Source: an uncultured bacterium
GTDB lineage: Bacteria; Verrucomicrobiota; Verrucomicrobiia; Limisphaerales; UBA8199
DNA length: 64,000 nucleotides
Reading direction: 5' to 3'
NCBI GenBank assembly: GCA_963749495.1
Contig: CAVVMW010000005.1
Span: 96,001-160,000, forward strand
Of this stretch, positions 58,046 through 64,000 are shown piece by piece. Both the position numbers and the translations under genes were made by a program. Below the pieces are notes generated by a model that saw only the letters and a list, made by a program, of their open reading frames with translations, was not told the DNA's origin and ran no database searches. Position 1 is the first letter of the stretch. The number at the start of each line of letters is the position of its first letter.

Positions 58046-59605
58046 TTGACCACATCAGAAATTTACCAACGGGCGGGCGAGTTCCACCGCGATGGGCGCT
58101 TCGACGAAGCCATCGCCGGGTACCGGGAGGCGCTGGGCTTGGACGGCCGGTTCCATCCCGCCTGGTACTCGCAGGGTTGTGCGTTCGAGGCGAAAGGGAA
58201 CCAGGCGGCTGCACTGGCCTGTTTCCAGCAGGCGGTGTCGCTGGCGCCCGGCCACGCGCAGTCGCACTACAACCTGGGAAAGGCGCTCTTCACGCTCGGA
58301 TTGATTGATGAGGCCCTGGATAGTTTCCAAGCGGCCATCGCCTTGGGCAAGGGGTTCCTGCCAAGAACGGCCATCGCCGTCGTGATCGCCGGCAGTCCAC
58401 GGGCGGATAACGCGGCCATTCTGGCTGCGCGGCGCGATTGGGCCGAAACGCACCTGCCCGCGCCGCCCGGCGCCAGGAGATTCCCGGCGGCGCCGGCTGG
58501 GGGTCGCCGGTTGCGCGTGGGCTATCTGTCGTCCTTTTTCGCGCACCACAAATGGATGAAGCCCGTCTGGGGATTGGTGAATCGTCACGACCGTGAGCGG
58601 GTCGAGGTCCATTTGTTTTCCGATGCGCCCGAGTCCCAATGCCAGGCTGGTTATCGCAAGCATCCCGGCGACCAGTTCCACGATATCTCGGGGCTTTCCA
58701 ACCAGGCGGCCGCGCGTCGGATCGAGGAAAGCGAGCTGGACGTGCTGGTAGATTTGAATGGGTATAGCCGTATCGACCGGCTCGCGGTGGTGGCGCTGAA
58801 GCCCGCGCCGATCCTGGCGGGCTGGTTCAATTTCTATGCCACTTCGGGTATGGCTTGCTATGACTACCTCATCGGCGACGACGAAGTCATTCCCCCCGGA
58901 GAGGAATCCTGCTACCTGGAGCAGATCCTCCGCGTTCCGGGCTCTTACCTGACGTTTCGAAGTGTCGCACCCGGTGCCGGAAGTGGCAGAGCCCCGGGGC
59001 TCTCCACCGGAAATTTGACCTTTGGGTGCCTGGCGTCGCCGTACAAAATCACGCGCCCAGTCGTCGAGGCGTGGTCGCGGATCCTCCGGCGCGCCCCCGG
59101 CGCGAGGTTGTTCGTGAAGAACCCCGCCTTGTGCTGCCCTGAGAACCGCCAGTTCCTGGCGCAGCGCTTTGCGCAATGCGAGGTCAATCCGGATCGGCTC
59201 GCCATGGAGGGGCCGGCCGACCATTTCGATTTCCTCACGGCCTACCGTCACATCGACGTTGCCTTGGACACTTTCCCTTACAACGGGGGAACGACCACCA
59301 TGGAAGCCCTCTGGCAAGGCGTGCCGGTAATCGCGTTTCGCGGCAACCGTTGGGCAGCGCGTCAAAGTGCCTCGATCCTCCGCGCGGCCGGGCTTGCCGA
59401 ATATATAGCCGACGACGTGGACGATTACGTCGAGCGCGCCGTCGCGTTGGCCCTGGCTCCGAACACCCTGCGCCGCCTGGCCGAATTGCGGCGAGGCCTG
59501 CGCCATCACTTGGCCGGCAGCGCCATTTGCGATACCGCCGCTTTCGCCCGCAACATGGAAGCCTTGTACGCGAAAATGCTCGCGCGAGGCCCTGCCGCCC
59601 CGTGA
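58046..59605 (+). CDS. TPR + GT41 (O-GlcNAc transferase/SPINDLY-like) protein
   Basis: TPRs, RLRVGYLS, DVLVDLNG, LDTFPYNGGTTTMEALWQGVPV. TTG start; probable compensating frameshifts ~58958-59000. Confidence 0.88.
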   Translation: MTTSEIYQRAGEFHRDGRFDEAIAGYREALGLDGRFHPAWYSQGCAFEAKGNQAAALACFQQAVSLAPGHAQSHYNLGKALFTLGLIDEALDSFQAAIALGKGFLPRTAIAVVIAGSPRADNAAILAARRDWAETHLPAPPGARRFPAAPAGGRRLRVGYLSSFFAHHKWMKPVWGLVNRHDRERVEVHLFSDAPESQCQAGYRKHPGDQFHDISGLSNQAAARRIEESELDVLVDLNGYSRIDRLAVVALKPAPILAGWFNFYATSGMACYDYLIGDDEVIPPGEESCYLEQILRVPGSYLTFRSVAPGAGSGRAPGLSTGNLTFGCLASPYKITRPVVEAWSRILRRAPGARLFVKNPALCCPENRQFLAQRFAQCEVNPDRLAMEGPADHFDFLTAYRHIDVALDTFPYNGGTTTMEALWQGVPVIAFRGNRWAARQSASILRAAGLAEYIADDVDDYVERAVALALAPNTLRRLAELRRGLRHHLAGSAICDTAAFARNMEALYAKMLARGPAAP

Positions 59606-59629
59606 ACCCTCCCACGCATCCTGAGTTTT

Positions 59630-59815
59630 GTCCCGGAGGGACATCTGACAATAGCCCGGCGTTTCAACGCCGGGGAGGCCACAAAGGGGACCCTCGTCCC
59701 GAAGGGACGACTGAGAACTCCTTGCTTTCAGCCGTCCCTTCGGGACGGACCTGTTCCTTGTGTCCGCTCACCCGGCGTTGAAACGCCGGGCTATTGTCGG
59801 AAGCCCCGTCGGGGC
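59630..59815. repeat. REPIN-like element
   Basis: GTCCCGGAGGGAC..GACAATAGCCCGGCGTTTCAACGCCGGG / CCCGGCGTTGAAACGCCGGGCTATTGTC. Confidence 0.85.
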
Positions 59816-59919
59816 AAAAAGGCGCCGTGGGCTGACCGACAGTTTTAATCGCACCCGCCGCCCGGGCGCTGCTTGACGGGCGGGCGGGCGCAGACTATTA
59901 GTGGTGCCTGCTTTTGATT

Positions 59920-62900
59920 ATGAGAACAATGAGCTTATTGAGACTCCGCGGGTTGCTGTTGACGGGCGTGGCTTTGGCCGCGTTGCGGGTGTGGGCCGGG
60001 ACGAACACCAGCCAGTATTCGGGCCCCGACTGGGCGCTGCTCGACCCGAAGGCGGTCCTGGAGGCCGCCGGCCAGATCACCCTGGCCCAGTACCCGGACT
60101 GCGACGAGGCGACGGTGGAAAAGAAGATGGTGCGGGTGTATCGGGCTGACGGGACGGGCGAATGCCAGGATGAGAGCTTCGTGAAGGTGCTCACGGAAAA
60201 GGGCAAGCGCAACAACCGGACCCTCTCGTTGAGCTTCATGCTGCCCTATTTCACGGTCGAGGTGGTCAAGGTGGAGGTGATGCGCCCCGGCGGCGAGGTG
60301 GTGCCGGTGGACGTGGCGGCCAACTCGAAGGAGAGCATCGACGACAGCCAGATGGCGGCGAACATTTACGACCCGAACATGAAGGTGCTGCGGCTCAACA
60401 TTCCGAAGGTGGAGATCGGGGACGTGGTCCACTCGATTGCCCGCCAAACGATCCGGCGCTCCATCATTCCCGGCGAGTTTGCCGAGGAGAGCGTGTTCGA
60501 AGGGCCGGGCTTTATCCGGCACCTGCTCTACGAGGTACACGCGCCGGCGGATCGCCCGCTCAAACGGGTGGCCTTGAGAGACGAGGTCCCCGGCACCGTC
60601 AAACACTCCGAGGAATCGGGTCCGGGGAACACTCTCATCCACCGTTCGGCAGGCTGGCAACGTGCCGCGCATGTTCGATGAGCCCTCGATGCCGCCTTAT
60701 GAAATGGTCCTGCAGCGGTTGTTCATCAGCACCACCACCGACTGGGCCAAGGTCTCCCAGTGGTACTGGCAATTGAGCAAACCGCACCTGGAGGCCATCA
60801 CCCCCGAGATGAAGCAGACCGTCCAGGGGCTGACCGCCCAGGCCATGACCGACCTGGACAAGGTCAAGGCCCTCTTTTTCCACGTGTCCAAGAAGGTCCG
60901 CTACATGGGCCTGACGCCGGAAAAAGACCGCCCCGGCTTCGAGCCGCACGACGTTTGCCTCACCTTCGACAAGAAGTACGGTGTCTGCCGCGACAAGGCC
61001 GCGCTGTTGGTCTCCCTGCTGCGAGCGGCGGGCCTCAACTCCTACCCGGTCCTGATCAATCTGGGCACCAGGAAAGACGCGGAGGTCCCGGACGCCGATT
61101 TCAACCACGCCATTGTGGCCGTGGAATTGCAGCAGGGGGACTACGTGCTGATGGACCCGACGGACGAGAACACGCGCGACCTGTTGCCCGCCACCGACCG
61201 CAACCAGAGTTACCTGGTGTGCCGCCCCGAAGGCGAGGCCATCCGCCTCAGCCCGATTCAGCCCCCGGACGACCACATGATGCGCGTGCGGACGCGCGGC
61301 ACGCTCAGCGCGGCCGGCGCCCTCAGGGCAAAATCCGAATTGTCCTTCCAGGGCGTGAACGACGATCTCTATCGCAACATGTTCGCCCACATGAAACCTG
61401 ACGACAAACGCCGGTTCTTCGAGAGCACACTCAAGCGCGCCATCCCCGGCGCGCGGCTCACCTCCCTCCAACTCATGCCCGAGGACATGATCGACGTCTC
61501 CCAGGAGGTGCGCGCCGTGCTCGAGTTCTCCGTGGACGGCCTCACCGCCAACGGCTCCGGCAAGTCCGTGGTCAATCTGCCCTGGATTGGCAAGGGCCTG
61601 GGCATCGTCAATTTCATCCTCGGCGGCACGGGCCTGGAGAAGAGAAAATACCCGCTGCGGACCTGGGTCACGTGCGGGTTGAGAGAAGACCTTTCTCTGA
61701 AGCTGGCCCCCGAGTTTGGCCAGGCGCTCTCGCTGCCCTCGTGCAGGCCCGACGAAGACGACTGCCTGAGCTGTCGGCAGAGCTGCGCCCTCCAGGATGG
61801 CGAGCTGGTCTGCTCCCGCCAACTCAAGCTCAAGGTGGTCGAGTTTTCACCCGAGCAGTACCCTCAAGCTCAAGCGGACTTTGAAGGACCTCGAGTACGA
61901 CGCCCGGAAGGCCCCGGTCCTGACGCTCGCGGCGGAGGTCGCGGCCAGCCCCGCCGACACGGCCCAGAACCCCGGGGACACGGCAGTCGAGTCCAACGCG
62001 AAAATCCTTGAAAGCCGCAAGGAACTGCAGGTCACCGACGCCCACAGCGCCGTCTATCGCGTCCGCTATTCCAAGAAGATCCTGACCTATGCCGGCAAGA
62101 TCCGGGAGGCGGAGGTCAAGATCGAATACAACCCCTCCTGCCAGGAGGTCCGCCTCACCCGCGGGGTCGTGACCTCCAAGACCGGCCAGCGCCAGGAAAT
62201 CGCCAAAGGCGAAATCAACATCATGGATGCGGGCTGGAACGCCTCCGCCAAACGCTACACGGGCTCCAAGATCCTCGTCGCCAACCTCCCCGGCGTGGAC
62301 ATCGGCTCCACTATCGAGGTCGAGTTCGATGTCGCCACCAAAGGCAAGCCCTTCCTCGCCGGATTCGAGGCCTTTCAGTTGCCAGACGAGCTCGAGCAAA
62401 GTCCTTCCGCCTGACTGCCCCCGCCGGCCTGGGCATCCTCAAGCGCACGAGGAGCAACGACGCGGCGCGCCTGGCCGAGGAAGAGAACCTCGTCCGACGC
62501 CACCAACCAGGTCTTTCAATGGAAGGCCGGCAACGTCCAGGCCCTGCCCGCGGAAGCGCAACTGCCCCCGGATTGGGTTTATGTGGCCGGCGTCGCCTAT
62601 TTCGTCGGCGACCCTGCCGAGTATGTCACGGCCCTGAGCCAGACGATGCTCGAGCGTTCGCGCCAGCGCGCCAAGGCCGCCGAGCTGGCCCGCCAACTCA
62701 CCAAGGAGACCCAGACGCGCGCCGAGGCCCTCAAGGCGATTCGCGACTACGTGGCCAAGTCAATCCGTCTGGCGGGGCCCGCCTTTACGCAGCTTCCGCT
62801 CCAGGAACTCTCGGCGGCCGACACGACTCTGGCGGACGGCTACGGCCACCTGGCGGACCGCGCTATCCTCCTGCACGCCCTCCTGGAGGCTGCCGGCTTC

Positions 62901-63776
62901 GAGCCGGAGTTCGTCCTGGCCTCCGGGCTGCCGGCCATCGCCGACCTCACCAACATCGCCACGGCCTTTCCGCTGCCGGACTCCTTCCAGACGCCGCTGG
63001 TCAAGGTCAGCGCCCAGGGCCAGACCTATTACTTGAACGACACCGACCAATACGCGCGCCTGGGCTCGACCGCCCACGATGGCCGGCTGGGCTTTGTGCT
63101 CGCCCGCCATGACTGGGAGGTCATCACGGCCGCGGACCATTGCCAGGACAAGACCGAGACCGTCTATACGCTCTCGCTGGACGACGCCGGCAAGACCCGG
63201 CTGGGTGTCACGCGCCGCTATTTCGGAAGCCCTTACAACGGCAAAAACCGCTTCTTCTCCGAACTCCCGCCGGAGGAGAGAAACCGCTACTACCAGGAAC
63301 TGATCTCCAACGTCGCCCAGGGCGCCCGCCCGCTTGGCGGCCTGGTCACCCAATTCGACACCTATCCCGGCCTGGAGCAGTTCACCGTCGAAATCGACAA
63401 CTATGGCGTCGTGGACGGGAATTATCTGTACTTTGATCTGCCGTTCACGCCTTCGCTGTTTGCGGCCGGGGCGGATCGCCGCGCCTTGCCCCTGCTCATC
63501 TCCGGGCACCAGCGGGAGAGCGTGCGCACCGAGATCGAACTGCCCGCCGGGTTCCGGCGCCTGGTCATGGCGCCCCGCAGCGAGAGCCTCACTGCGCCCG
63601 GCGGGGGCGGGCAGGCCCGCGTCACCGCGACCAGCGCGCCCGGCCGGTGCGCCATCACCCACCAGTTGGAGACCTCCCCGGCCATCGTCAGCCCCGGGGA
63701 TTATCCCGCCCTGCTCAAGCTGGAGGCCGCCTTGGGCAGGAAATCCTCGAAGGTCTTTCTCCTGGAAAAGGAGTAA
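59920..63776 (+). CDS. Large DUF3857 + transglutaminase-like protein, two modules (frameshifts ~60645-60660, ~61862, ~62400, ~62480)
   Basis: GVCRDKA.LL, FNHAI, DPT triad in module 1; module 2 has GHLADRA. The ORF pieces are collinear. Confidence 0.8.
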
Positions 63777-63803
63777 GGCGCCCGCGGGCGGACGGGGGCG
63801 GGG

Positions 63804-63845
63804 GCGGAGACGCGGAGACGCGGAGACGCGGAGACGCGGAGACGG
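63804..63845. repeat. Octamer microsatellite (GCGGAGAC)x5
   Basis: Read directly. Confidence 0.9.
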
Positions 63846-64000
63846 AGGCGCCTGCGGGCGGAGGGGGCGGAAGCTCCCATCAATCCATCAGTCCACCGGC
63901 CCGCGGCCCGCGCCCCGCGCCCGGCGTCCGCCCCTGGATCGTAACACGGCCGATTCACAGAATTCACGGTCGGGGCCTTGCGAGTCGAGTCGGCTGGGTG

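Overview
GC-rich bacterial DNA, most likely Verrucomicrobiota/PVC (inferred from four prepilin-type H-X9-DG proteins, a MoxR/DUF58/BatA operon and the style of the intergenic repeats). The backbone carries housekeeping and metabolic genes: kdpD/kdpE, polA, several carbohydrate-active enzymes, an RNB ribonuclease, two ABC exporters, an APC permease, a DegT aminotransferase, a GT41 TPR protein and a DUF3857-transglutaminase. Many of these have single-base frameshifts that look like long-read consensus errors. Almost every intergenic region holds a REP/REPIN-like palindrome, a MITE or a 7-9 bp microsatellite. Accessory parts are: ISAs1 remnants; a tandem of DUF559 nuclease genes between three copies of a palindromic repeat; a nested Y1/RAYT-type transposase region at 31.8-35.4 kb; an intact 2.46 kb IS with perfect 20 bp TIRs; and an island at 51.6-54.8 kb. 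That island has a C-protein-regulated type II R-M system, a small basic protein, a tRNA gene with the anomalous anticodon ACU and Arg-type identity elements, and a truncated IS1-like transposase. It is followed by a translationally coupled methyltransferase / dirigent-like / orphan Hcp operon. All family assignments come from reading motifs by eye; no database searches were run.
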